From Gammaproteobacteria bacterium (lineage in GTDB: Bacteria > Pseudomonadota > Gammaproteobacteria > CAMYNG01), in the NCBI GenBank assembly GCA_011051615.1, contig DRKU01000109.1:13324-77323 (forward strand): 64,000 nt of DNA, in the 5' to 3' direction. Both the position numbers and the translations under genes were made by a program. The notes beneath the pieces were generated by a model. It saw only the letters and a program-made list of their open reading frames with translations, was not told where the DNA came from and ran no database searches. This document shows, piece by piece, positions 49,398 to 58,717 of this stretch (the first letter of the stretch is position 1; each line of letters starts with the position of its first letter).

Positions 49398-50204
49398 ATG
49401 ATACAAGCAGCACACACACACGCCGGCAGGGCGATACGCACCCTGGCCACCGTTGCCCTCCTCATCCTGTTTCTCGCCGGTTGCAGCTCGACACCGGAAG
49501 TGGATCCCACCGAGGGTCGTGACGCGGCGGAGATCTACAGGGAAGCCACCTCGGAGATGCTCAACGGCCAGTACGAGACCGCCGTCAGCCTGTATTCGAA
49601 ACTCATCGCGCGCTACCCCTACGGCACCTATGCCGAACACGCCATGCTCGGGCTGGCCTACAGCCAGTATCGTGACTACAGTCCGGAGTCGGCCATCCTC
49701 ACCGCAGAGCGTTTTATCAAGCTCTACCCGCGCCACCAGTTCGTCGATTATGCCTACTACCTGCGCGGCGTGGCCGCCTTCGCCATGGAGCAGGGCTATT
49801 TCTTCCGTCTCTTCAGGCAGGACCCGACCGAGCGTGACGCCCAGGCCGCGCGGCGCGCACTATCGTTCTTCAGCGAGCTGATCCGCAAGTTTCCTGCCAG
49901 CCGTTACGTGCCTGACGCCCGCAAGCGGGTGATCTACCTGCGTAACCATATCGCCCAGTACGAGATCCACGTGGCCAGATTCTACATGCGCAAGGAGGCC
50001 TGGCTGGCCGCCGCCAACCGCGCCCAGTTCGTGCTGGAAAACTATCAGCAGACGCCGGCGGTTCCGCAGGCACTGGCCATCCTCGTTCACGCCTACGAGA
50101 AGCTCAGGCTCGACAAGCTGGCCGCCGATGCCTTCAGCGTGCTGGCGCACAACTATCCCGACCACGAGCTGGTACGGGCACGTGGACCGGCTGCCGGCAG
50201 TTGA
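49398..50204 (+). CDS. bamD: Outer membrane protein assembly factor BamD (YfiO)
   Basis: From the ATG at 49398: MIQAAHTHAGRAIRTLATVALLILFLAGCSS (lipobox), then TPR-like blocks (AEIYREATSEMLNGQYETAVSLYSKLIARYPYGTYAEHA; FIKLYPRHQFVDYAYYLRG; FPASRYVPDA). Divergent from rluD, as in E. coli. Confidence 0.85.
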   Translation: MIQAAHTHAGRAIRTLATVALLILFLAGCSSTPEVDPTEGRDAAEIYREATSEMLNGQYETAVSLYSKLIARYPYGTYAEHAMLGLAYSQYRDYSPESAILTAERFIKLYPRHQFVDYAYYLRGVAAFAMEQGYFFRLFRQDPTERDAQAARRALSFFSELIRKFPASRYVPDARKRVIYLRNHIAQYEIHVARFYMRKEAWLAAANRAQFVLENYQQTPAVPQALAILVHAYEKLRLDKLAADAFSVLAHNYPDHELVRARGPAAGS

Positions 50205-50234
50205 TGAACCCATGACACCAGTGGCCAGCCCGGG

Positions 50235-51047
50235 ATGAGTGTGTCACCGCAGCGAATTCTGATTTTCGTGGGCATGCTCGGCCTGCTCGTGCAACTGGCC
50301 GGTTGTGCCGGCCTGCCCGGCAACGAGGCTGCCGATGTCGCAGCGGCGGAACTCTACAAGGAAGGGCGGGCAGCCATTCGCCATGGTGATTACGCCAGTG
50401 GCGTCGAACTGCTCAGTACGCTGATCCGGCGCTACCCTTATAACCGGACCGTCGAACCGGCGCGCCTGCAACTGGCCTTTGCACTGTTCAAGTCAGGGCA
50501 GGCCGAAAAAGCCATCGACAGGCTTGAGGAATACATCAAGCTCTACCCCGACAGCAAGAATCTTGCTTATGCCTACTATCTGCGCGGGCTGGCGGCGCTG
50601 GAGATCAGCAACGCGGAACTGGCGGACTTCATGGGCCGCCCACCGGAGGCAAATGCACTCGCGTCCTCACGTCGCAGCTTCGACTACCTTTCCCAGCTGG
50701 CACAGAAATTCCCGCGTAGCCGTTACTTCGATGATGCGGTAAAGAAGATCGGGGAATTACGTGATGCCATGGCACGCTACGAAGTCCACGCGGCCAACTA
50801 TTTTCTCAAGCAGGGGCATTTCGAGACCGCCATCGACCGTGCCGAGTACGTCACCCGCTACTATGCCCGCAGCCCGCAAGTACCGGATGCCTTCGCCATC
50901 ATGATCAAGGCATGGCTGAAACTGGGGCAACGCCAGAAGGCGCAGGATACGCTGAACATGCTGGAAATGAATTTTGCCGATGTGCCTGCCACGCAGGACG
51001 CGCGACGCGTGTTCGACCAGTACGTGGCGCAGCTGGAAGCGGACTGA
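50235..51047 (+). CDS. Second BamD-family (YfiO-like) TPR lipoprotein, tandem paralogue of bamD
   Basis: 270 aa, 30 nt downstream of bamD. Lipobox (LLVQLAGCAG). Blocks are colinear with the bamD product: AELYKEGRAAIRHGDYASGVELLSTLIRRYPY; YIKLYPDSKNLAYAYYLRG; FPRSRYFDDA; ARYEVHAANYFLKQG. Confidence 0.75.
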   Translation: MSVSPQRILIFVGMLGLLVQLAGCAGLPGNEAADVAAAELYKEGRAAIRHGDYASGVELLSTLIRRYPYNRTVEPARLQLAFALFKSGQAEKAIDRLEEYIKLYPDSKNLAYAYYLRGLAALEISNAELADFMGRPPEANALASSRRSFDYLSQLAQKFPRSRYFDDAVKKIGELRDAMARYEVHAANYFLKQGHFETAIDRAEYVTRYYARSPQVPDAFAIMIKAWLKLGQRQKAQDTLNMLEMNFADVPATQDARRVFDQYVAQLEAD

Positions 51048-51142
51048 CAGGAAACGCCGAAGCCAGGATCACCTTGTCCCGGTAGAACATGATGCCCGGC
51101 TTCGACCACACGCCCGGCCTGAACGTACTCAGACCATCCGGA

Positions 51143-51538
<396 letters not shown>

Positions 51539-51590
51539 TTAGAGGATAGCCTGAGAAAATACCAGCCAGCAGCCGCTCAGGGAAGCCCCT

Positions 51591-53231
51591 TCAGCGATCG
51601 CGGCCGTAGGCCGAGGTGATCGGATAACGCCGATCACGGCCGAAGGCGCGGCGCGTGATGCGCACCCCGGGAGGCGCCTGACGGCGCTTGTACTCGTTGC
51701 GATCTACCATGCGTACCACGCGGCGTACGGTGTCGGCATCGAAGCCGGCGGCAACGATATCCTCCACCCCCTGGTCCTGTTCCACGTAGAGACGCAGGAT
51801 GGGATCGAGAATATCGTAGGGCGGCAGGCTGTCGCTGTCTTTCTGGTCCGGTGCCAGCTCCGCCGAGGGCGGTCGCTCGATGACCCGCCGCGGGATCACC
51901 GGTGCGATACGGTTGCGATATTCGACCAGGCGATACACCCGCGTCTTGCTGACGTCCTTGAGCACGCAGAATCCGCCGGCCATGTCACCGTAGAGCGTCG
52001 CGTAGCCCACCGCCATTTCACTCTTGTTGCCAGTGGTCAGTACCATCTTGTGCTTCTTGTTGGAGATCGCCATGAGGATCACGCCACGGCAACGCGCCTG
52101 GATATTTTCTTCGGTGGTATCGATGCCATAGCCGGTGAACTCATCGGCGAGGGCATCGAGAAAGGCCTGGTATACCGAGTCGATGGAAATCTCGTGGTAT
52201 TCCACACCCAGCAGGTGCGCCTCGGTAGCGGCGTCTTCGCGGCTCATGGCAGCGGTATAGCGCGACGGCAACATCACCGCCTCGACCACCTCGGCACCCA
52301 GCGCATCAACGGCCACGGCCAGGGTCAGCGCCGAATCGATACCACCGGAGAGACCGATGACTACGCCCTCGAAACCATTCTTGGTGACATAGTCACGCAC
52401 CCCGGTGACCAGCGCCTGGTAGATACTGGCATCGGTGGACAGGGGTTCGGCCGGCTCATCCTGCGCCCGTGGCAACAGGTCCTCGCCACGGCGCGTGAAG
52501 TCCACCGTGTAGAGCCCTTCCGCATAGGCGGGAAAGCGGCACACCACCTCGCCGTCGGCATCCACGGCAAAGGACTCGCCATCGAAGACCAGCTCGTCCT
52601 GGCCACCGACGAGATTGACATAGATCAGCGGCACGCCACTCTCGCGCGCACGGCGGCCAACCACGGCCTCGCGTTCGTTGCCCTTGTCCACGTGAAACGG
52701 CGAGGCATTGATATTGAGTACCAGTTGCGCGCCGGCCGCGACCACCTCGGCCACCGGTCCGCTCTCCCAGACATCCTCGCAGATCACCACGCCCACGCGG
52801 CAATCCTTTACTTCGCCCACGCAACGATCATGACCGGCAACAAAATAGCGTTTCTCGTCGAAGACACTGTAGTTGGGCAGGTGCTGCTTGTCGCCCTGCG
52901 CGATGAATTCACCGTCACGCAACATGGCCACGCTGTTGTACAGCGCTCCCGCCTTGCTGCGTGGATAGCCGAACACCACGGTGATGCCGCGCACCTGCGT
53001 GCGGATTCGTTCCACTGCCGCGGCAACGCGCTCCTGCATACCGGGGCGCAACAACAGGTCCTCGGGGGGATAACCGGTCAACGTCAGTTCCGGAAAGACG
53101 ACCATATCCGCCTGCAGGGTATCGCGTGCATGGGCACTGGTATCGATGATGCGCGTGGCGTTGCCGTCGATGTCGCCCACCAGCAGGTTGAGCTGGGCAA
53201 TGGCGACGCGCAGGGCCGCTGCGTCATTCAT
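51591..53231 (-). CDS. nadE: Glutamine-dependent NAD+ synthetase
   Basis: From the ATG at 53231: MNDAAALRVAIAQLNLLVGDIDGN (CN-hydrolase domain, with VVICEDVWE). The C-terminal synthetase domain carries the P-loop GLSGGIDSAL. The track extension to 53393 was rejected. Confidence 0.9.
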   Translation of the reverse strand: MNDAAALRVAIAQLNLLVGDIDGNATRIIDTSAHARDTLQADMVVFPELTLTGYPPEDLLLRPGMQERVAAAVERIRTQVRGITVVFGYPRSKAGALYNSVAMLRDGEFIAQGDKQHLPNYSVFDEKRYFVAGHDRCVGEVKDCRVGVVICEDVWESGPVAEVVAAGAQLVLNINASPFHVDKGNEREAVVGRRARESGVPLIYVNLVGGQDELVFDGESFAVDADGEVVCRFPAYAEGLYTVDFTRRGEDLLPRAQDEPAEPLSTDASIYQALVTGVRDYVTKNGFEGVVIGLSGGIDSALTLAVAVDALGAEVVEAVMLPSRYTAAMSREDAATEAHLLGVEYHEISIDSVYQAFLDALADEFTGYGIDTTEENIQARCRGVILMAISNKKHKMVLTTGNKSEMAVGYATLYGDMAGGFCVLKDVSKTRVYRLVEYRNRIAPVIPRRVIERPPSAELAPDQKDSDSLPPYDILDPILRLYVEQDQGVEDIVAAGFDADTVRRVVRMVDRNEYKRRQAPPGVRITRRAFGRDRRYPITSAYGRDR

Positions 53232-53256
53232 GGACAGGCTCCGGCAGGGACCATGT

Positions 53257-54132
53257 TCAACGCCCCGCCAGGCAGCGCGCCATGCTGGCGCCAAGCTCGG
53301 CGGGCGAGCGCGTGATACTGACCCCGGCGGCGGCGAGTGCCTCGAACTTGCCCTCCGCAGTGCCCTTGCCGCCGGCAACGATGGCGCCGGCATGACCCAT
53401 GCGCTTGCCCGGTGGCGCGGTGACGCCGGCGATGTAGGCCACCACCGGTTTGGAAACCGATGCCTTTATATAGGTGGCTGCTTCTTCCTCCGCCGTGCCA
53501 CCGATCTCGCCCACCAGGATGATGCCCTCGGTCTGCGGGTCCGCTTCGAACAGGGCCAGGCAGTCGATGAAATTGAGCCCCTGGATGGGATCGCCACCGA
53601 TGCCGACGCAGGTGCTCTGCCCGAGTCCCTCACGGGTGGTCTGGTAGACCGCCTCATAGGTCAGCGTGCCCGAACGCGACACGATGCCGATGCGACCGGG
53701 GCTGTGAATACTGCCGGGCATGATGCCGATCTTGCACTGTCCGGGCGTGATCACGCCCGGACAGTTGGGGCCGATGAGCCGTGCCGGGTAATTGGCCAGC
53801 GCGGCCTTGACGCGCACCATGTCCTGCACCGGGATCCCTTCGGTGATACAGACAATGACCTCGATACCGGCATCGGCCGCTTCCAGAATGGCATCGGCGG
53901 CGAAGGGGGCCGGCACATAGATCATGCTGGCATTGGCACCGGTTTCGCGCACCGCATCGTGCACGGTGTTGAACACCGGCCGTGCCAGGTGTGTCTGGCC
54001 ACCCTTGCCCGGCGTTACCCCACCGACGAGCCTGGTGCCATACTCGATGGCCTGCTCGGAATGAAAACTGCCCTGCTTGCCGGTGAAGCCCTGGCAGATT
54101 ACCCGTGTCTCGCTGTCGACCAGTACCGCCAT
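53257..54132 (-). CDS. sucD: Succinate--CoA ligase subunit alpha
   Basis: 291 aa. [33 protein letters not shown]..., with the phosphohistidine loop GHAGAIV. Its ATG overlaps the sucC stop (ATGA). Confidence 0.95.
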   Translation of the reverse strand: MAVLVDSETRVICQGFTGKQGSFHSEQAIEYGTRLVGGVTPGKGGQTHLARPVFNTVHDAVRETGANASMIYVPAPFAADAILEAADAGIEVIVCITEGIPVQDMVRVKAALANYPARLIGPNCPGVITPGQCKIGIMPGSIHSPGRIGIVSRSGTLTYEAVYQTTREGLGQSTCVGIGGDPIQGLNFIDCLALFEADPQTEGIILVGEIGGTAEEEAATYIKASVSKPVVAYIAGVTAPPGKRMGHAGAIVAGGKGTAEGKFEALAAAGVSITRSPAELGASMARCLAGR

Positions 54133-55298
54133 CAGCCCTGTCCCCCTGCCGCAGCAACGGCCTTTTGCGCCGCCGTGGTGAGATCATCGGCCGTGATGAT
54201 GGTCAGGCCACTGGCCTCAAGCAGGGCCTTGCCCTCGCGCATGTTGGTGCCTTCGAGGCGCACCACCACCGGCACCTGCATGTCGATCTCACGTACCGCC
54301 TGAATAATGCCCTCGGCGATGAGATCACAACGCACGATGCCGCCAAAGATATTCACCAGGATGGCGGCCACCTTGTCATCGGCGAGGATCAATTTGAAGG
54401 CCTCGGCAACACGCTCACTGGAAGTACCACCGCCCACATCGAGAAAATTGGCCGGCTCACCACCATAGAGATGGATGATATCCATGGTCGCCATGGCCAG
54501 GCCGGCACCGTTGACCATGCAGCCGATATTGCCATCGAGACGCACATAATTGAGGCCATGTTCATGAGCGCGGTGTTCCAGTTCATCTTCCTGGGCGGGA
54601 TCGCGCAGCGCTTCCAGATCGGCATGCCGGTAGAGGGCGTTGTCGTCGATATTGATCTTGGCATCCAGTGCCAGCAGTTCACCCTCGCCGGTGACCACCA
54701 GCGGGTTGATTTCGATGAGACCGAGATCCTTTTCGGTGAACAGGCGGTATGCTCCCAGCATGAGACGCGTCAATGCACGCAGGTTGTCGTCCAGACCCAG
54801 CCTGAAACCCAGCAGCCGGCACTGATAGGGCTGCAGACCTGCCACCGGGTCGATGTATAAGGTGTGGATAGCCTCGGGCTGCGTGTGTGCCACTTCTTCG
54901 ATATCCATGCCGCCGGCGGCGGAAGCGACGACGACGATACGCTCACGACTGCGATCGATGAGCATGCTGAGATAGAGTTCGCGCGCGATCTCTACCGGGC
55001 GTTCGATGAGTAGCTGCTGCACGGGCTGACCTTCGGGCCCGCTTTGCACCGTCACCAGGCGCGTATCCAGCAGGGAGTTGACTGCCTCGCGCATGGCATC
55101 GACACCGCTGACAAGCTTGACACCACCGGCCTTGCCGCGCCCACCGGCATGGACCTGCGCCTTGACCACGCAACCGTGCGCACAGATCTCACCGGCCTCC
55201 TGCTCGGCCTGCGCCTCGGAGCGAATAACAACGCCTTCGGGCGTAGGGATGCCATGGGCGCGGAAAAGCTGCTTGGCCTGGAACTCGTGGAGATTCAT
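54132..55298 (-). CDS. sucC: Succinate--CoA ligase subunit beta (ADP-forming)
   Basis: 388 aa. [22 protein letters not shown]..., with an ATP-grasp domain and ligase-CoA blocks. Confidence 0.95.
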   Translation of the reverse strand: MNLHEFQAKQLFRAHGIPTPEGVVIRSEAQAEQEAGEICAHGCVVKAQVHAGGRGKAGGVKLVSGVDAMREAVNSLLDTRLVTVQSGPEGQPVQQLLIERPVEIARELYLSMLIDRSRERIVVVASAAGGMDIEEVAHTQPEAIHTLYIDPVAGLQPYQCRLLGFRLGLDDNLRALTRLMLGAYRLFTEKDLGLIEINPLVVTGEGELLALDAKINIDDNALYRHADLEALRDPAQEDELEHRAHEHGLNYVRLDGNIGCMVNGAGLAMATMDIIHLYGGEPANFLDVGGGTSSERVAEAFKLILADDKVAAILVNIFGGIVRCDLIAEGIIQAVREIDMQVPVVVRLEGTNMREGKALLEASGLTIITADDLTTAAQKAVAAAGGQG

Positions 55299-55426
55299 GG
55301 CGATATCTGTCCGTAACGGTAAAATATGCTATTTTAACAAACTGCGATAAGAGTCAAAGCCACGACAGGCCTTTTTTACCAAAAAAGCGTTCGACGCGAC
55401 GCCTCATTCAGGAAACCCGCACTTCC

Positions 55427-55663
55427 ATGCGTATCATTCAACTTCTCGCCATCGCCATGCTGATCTGGATCGTGTATCGCATGTGGCGTATCAGCTTACA
55501 CAAAAAGGCCATGCAGCGCGCGGGCAAGAATGCGCCCGGTGACAAGGTCGAGCACATGGTACGTTGCGCGAAGTGCGGCCTGCATGTGCCCGAACACGAG
55601 GCCCTGCGTGTGGATGACAGGTTCTATTGCTGCGCTGAACACCGCGACAGCGATGCGGCCTGA
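55427..55663 (+). CDS. Small membrane-anchored Cys-rich protein (PP0621-family-like)
   Basis: 78 aa. An N-terminal TM helix (IIQLLAIAMLIWIVYRMW), then a zinc-ribbon-like CAKCGLHVPEHEA...YCCAEH. It lies 30 nt upstream of the sensor kinase gene. The family name is from memory. Confidence 0.55.
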   Translation: MRIIQLLAIAMLIWIVYRMWRISLHKKAMQRAGKNAPGDKVEHMVRCAKCGLHVPEHEALRVDDRFYCCAEHRDSDAA

Positions 55664-55693
55664 CGAGTCAGGCTACCTGTAGAGATACGCTCG

Positions 55694-57325
55694 ATGGATC
55701 TGGTTCCCGGTACAAACGTTTCCCTGGCGGCAAAAGAGGCGCATGACAAGAACACCTGGCGACCGCTGACCTACCTGGCGCTCTATCGCCTGACACTGGC
55801 GACCATCTTCGTCGTCATTCTGCTCACCGGCAAATCCTTCACCCCACTGGCGCAACTTGCGCCCGGTCTGTATGCCGTTGTCAGTGTCGTCTACTTCTTC
55901 GTCGGGCTGGCAGCCTATGTTGCCGTGCGCCGCCGCCGTCCCGCCTTCGACACCCAGATCCTGCTCGGTGTCGGCATCGACATTCTCGCCCTGGTCCTGA
56001 TCATGCACGCCAGCGGCGGAGCGCACAGTGGCCTCGGCATCCTGCTGGTGATCAGCGTCGCCGGCGCCAGTATCGTCACCACCGGGCGTACCGCGCTGAC
56101 GCTGGCCTCCATTGCCGCGGTGGCGGTACTGGCCGAACACCTCTACCAGGTCATGGAGGGACATGCGCGTGCCGAGGGCATGATCGCCGCCGGCCTGCTC
56201 GGCATCACACTGATGGCCTCGGCCACCCTGGTGCACTTCCTCGCGCGGCGCATCATGGAATCGGAGGCGCTGGCCCGCAAACGCGGTATCGACCTGGCCA
56301 ACATGGCCGAACTCACCGAGCACATCATCCAGCGCATGCAGACGGGTATCCTGGTCATCGATCCCGACGACCATGTGCGCCTGATCAATGATTCGGCCTG
56401 GTACATGCTGGGCATGCCGGTGATGGGCCGCCAGCCGGCACTGGCGGATGTCTCGACCGATCTCTACCAGCAACTGCAACGCTGGCGCGTGGAGAGTGAC
56501 TACGTACCCACCGCCATTCAGCTCAGCGCCGTGCAGGCTGCCATCATGCCGCGCTTTGCACGCATCACCCAGGACGAGCGCCCCGGTGTGCTGATCTTTC
56601 TCGAAGATACCTCGGCCATGGCGCAAAAGGCCCAGCAACTGAAACTTGCATCACTGGGCCGCCTCACCGGCAGTATCGCCCACGAGATCCGCAACCCGCT
56701 CGGCGCCATCAGCCATGCCGGTCAGCTGCTGGCCGAGTCCACGCACCTGGATGAACATGATCAACGACTGTTGCGTATCATTGCCGACCAGTCGGCACGC
56801 GTAAACGGCATCGTCGAAAACGTGCTGCGTCTGAGTCGCCGCGACCGTGGTGATCCGCAGCTCTTCGAACTGCGCGAATTTCTGCAAAGCTTCATCAGCA
56901 ACTATTGCCGCGATCACGATCTGCCGGAATCCGCCTTCGTGGTGGAACTGCAACCCGAGAATATCGTCATTCGCTTCGACAAGCTGCATCTGGAACAGAT
57001 CATGACCAACCTGTGTGACAATGCCTTTCGTCACAGCCGCGAAGTGAACAGCAGCCCCCAGATCGAGCTGCGCGGCGGCATCGCCGAGGAATTTGGCCGC
57101 CCCTTCCTCGATGTCATCGACCACGGCCCGGGACTGGATGCCGATACCCTGCAGAAGATCTTCGAACCGTTTTTTACCACCGAGGCCGAAGGCACCGGCC
57201 TGGGCCTTTATATTTCGCGCGAACTGGCCGAAACTAACCAGGCACACATCAACTACCTGCCCGGACCGACCGGTGGCAGTTGTTTTCGTATCAGCTTCCA
57301 GGATCCACGCAAGCATATCGGGTAA
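55694..57325 (+). CDS. pilS: PilS-like (NtrB-family) sensor histidine kinase
   Basis: 543 aa. An N-terminal block of ~6 predicted TM helices, a PAS-like linker, an H-box GSIAHEIRNPLGAI, and N/G boxes (CDNAFRHS, DHGPGL, GTGLGLYISREL). It is followed by an NtrC-type regulator. The PilS assignment over other NtrB-like kinases rests on the polytopic N-terminus. Confidence 0.65.
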   Translation: MDLVPGTNVSLAAKEAHDKNTWRPLTYLALYRLTLATIFVVILLTGKSFTPLAQLAPGLYAVVSVVYFFVGLAAYVAVRRRRPAFDTQILLGVGIDILALVLIMHASGGAHSGLGILLVISVAGASIVTTGRTALTLASIAAVAVLAEHLYQVMEGHARAEGMIAAGLLGITLMASATLVHFLARRIMESEALARKRGIDLANMAELTEHIIQRMQTGILVIDPDDHVRLINDSAWYMLGMPVMGRQPALADVSTDLYQQLQRWRVESDYVPTAIQLSAVQAAIMPRFARITQDERPGVLIFLEDTSAMAQKAQQLKLASLGRLTGSIAHEIRNPLGAISHAGQLLAESTHLDEHDQRLLRIIADQSARVNGIVENVLRLSRRDRGDPQLFELREFLQSFISNYCRDHDLPESAFVVELQPENIVIRFDKLHLEQIMTNLCDNAFRHSREVNSSPQIELRGGIAEEFGRPFLDVIDHGPGLDADTLQKIFEPFFTTEAEGTGLGLYISRELAETNQAHINYLPGPTGGSCFRISFQDPRKHIG

Positions 57326-57337
57326 GCTCAACGCAAT

Positions 57338-58681
57338 ATGGCCAGGAACAAGCAACAGGCGCCTCATGCCCTCGTCGTCGACGACGAACCGGATATCCGG
57401 GAGCTGCTGGAGATCACGCTCTCGCGCATGGATATCGATACACGTTCCGCCGCGAACCTGGCGGAAGCCCGTGCATTGCTGGCCGAGGAAGATTTCGACG
57501 TCTGCCTGACCGACATGAAACTGCCCGACGGCAATGGCATCGAGCTGGTGCGCTTCATCCAGCAGGCGTATGCGCATATTCCGGTCGCCATGATCACCGC
57601 CCATGGCAACATGGAATCTGCCATCGAGGCCCTCAAGGCCGGCGCCTTCGATTTCGTCTCCAAGCCGGTAGATCTCAATGTCCTGCGCGCACTCATTTCC
57701 ACGGCACTGAAACTGTCGACGGAATCGCAGGAAACACAGCGGGCATCACCACAACGCCTGCTGGGCAGCTCGGCCGCCATGGCACGCACACGCCGCACCA
57801 TCGAAAAACTGGCCCGCAGCCAGGCGCCAGTCTTCATCCATGGCGAGTCCGGTACCGGCAAGGAACTGGTGGCGCGCCTCATTCATGACAGCGGGCCACG
57901 GGCGAAGAACGCCTTCGTGCCCGTCAACTGTGGCGCCATCCCCACCGAGCTGATGGAAAGTGAGTTCTTTGGCCATCGCAAGGGCAGCTTCTCCGGTGCC
58001 AGCGAGGACAAGGCGGGGCTCTTCCAGGCCGCCGACGGTGGCACCCTGTTTCTCGATGAAGTCGCCGACCTGCCGCTGCACATGCAGGTCAAGCTGCTGC
58101 GTGCCATCCAGGAAAAGGCCGTGCGCCCGGTCGGCGCCCAGCAGGAGGTGCGTGTCGATGTGCGTATTCTCAGCGCCACACACAAGGATCTTGCCACCAT
58201 GGTCGGGGCCGGTGAGTTCCGCCAGGACCTTTTCTACCGTATCAATGTCATTGGCGTGGAAGTCCCCAGCCTGCGCGAACGGGTCGAGGACCTTCCCGAG
58301 CTGGTCGATCACTTTCTCGATCGTATTGCCACCGACTGGGGTGTGGAAAAGCCCGTTCTCTCCGCCGCCGCCAGCGCGGCGCTGGCGGCCTACCCCTTCC
58401 CCGGCAACGTACGTGAACTGGAAAATATCCTTGAACGCGCCATGACCCTGTGCGAAGACGATACCATCGAACCGGCGGATCTCCAGCTACCGGAGAATGC
58501 CACCGCCGGGGATGCGGCCTCGGCGGCTGCACAACTGGAACCCTACCTCGATCAGAAAGAACGCGAGGCCATCCTCAGGGCGCTGGAGCAGACCCGCTAC
58601 AACAAGACCGCGGCCGCCAAACTGCTGGGCATCACCTTCCGCGCCCTGCGCTACCGCCTGAAGAAACTGGGCATCGAATGA
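57338..58681 (+). CDS. pilR: PilR-like sigma-54-dependent response regulator (REC-AAA+-Fis HTH)
   Basis: 447 aa. REC domain (LVVDDEPDIREL...CLTDMKLPDG), AAA+ domain (GESGTGKELVA, the GSFSGA loop, an ESEFFGH block) and a C-terminal HTH (YNKTAAAKLLGITFRALRYRLKKLG). Confidence 0.7.
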   Translation: MARNKQQAPHALVVDDEPDIRELLEITLSRMDIDTRSAANLAEARALLAEEDFDVCLTDMKLPDGNGIELVRFIQQAYAHIPVAMITAHGNMESAIEALKAGAFDFVSKPVDLNVLRALISTALKLSTESQETQRASPQRLLGSSAAMARTRRTIEKLARSQAPVFIHGESGTGKELVARLIHDSGPRAKNAFVPVNCGAIPTELMESEFFGHRKGSFSGASEDKAGLFQAADGGTLFLDEVADLPLHMQVKLLRAIQEKAVRPVGAQQEVRVDVRILSATHKDLATMVGAGEFRQDLFYRINVIGVEVPSLRERVEDLPELVDHFLDRIATDWGVEKPVLSAAASAALAAYPFPGNVRELENILERAMTLCEDDTIEPADLQLPENATAGDAASAAAQLEPYLDQKEREAILRALEQTRYNKTAAAKLLGITFRALRYRLKKLGIE

Positions 58682-58717
58682 GGCCGGTGCGCGTAGTGAG
58701 CCACGCGGACCGAAGGA

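Noticed and set aside
55673-56638. 321-aa minus-strand ORF opposite pilS
   Set aside because: It is antisense to the kinase frame, which has TM helices and an H-box. No motifs were found.
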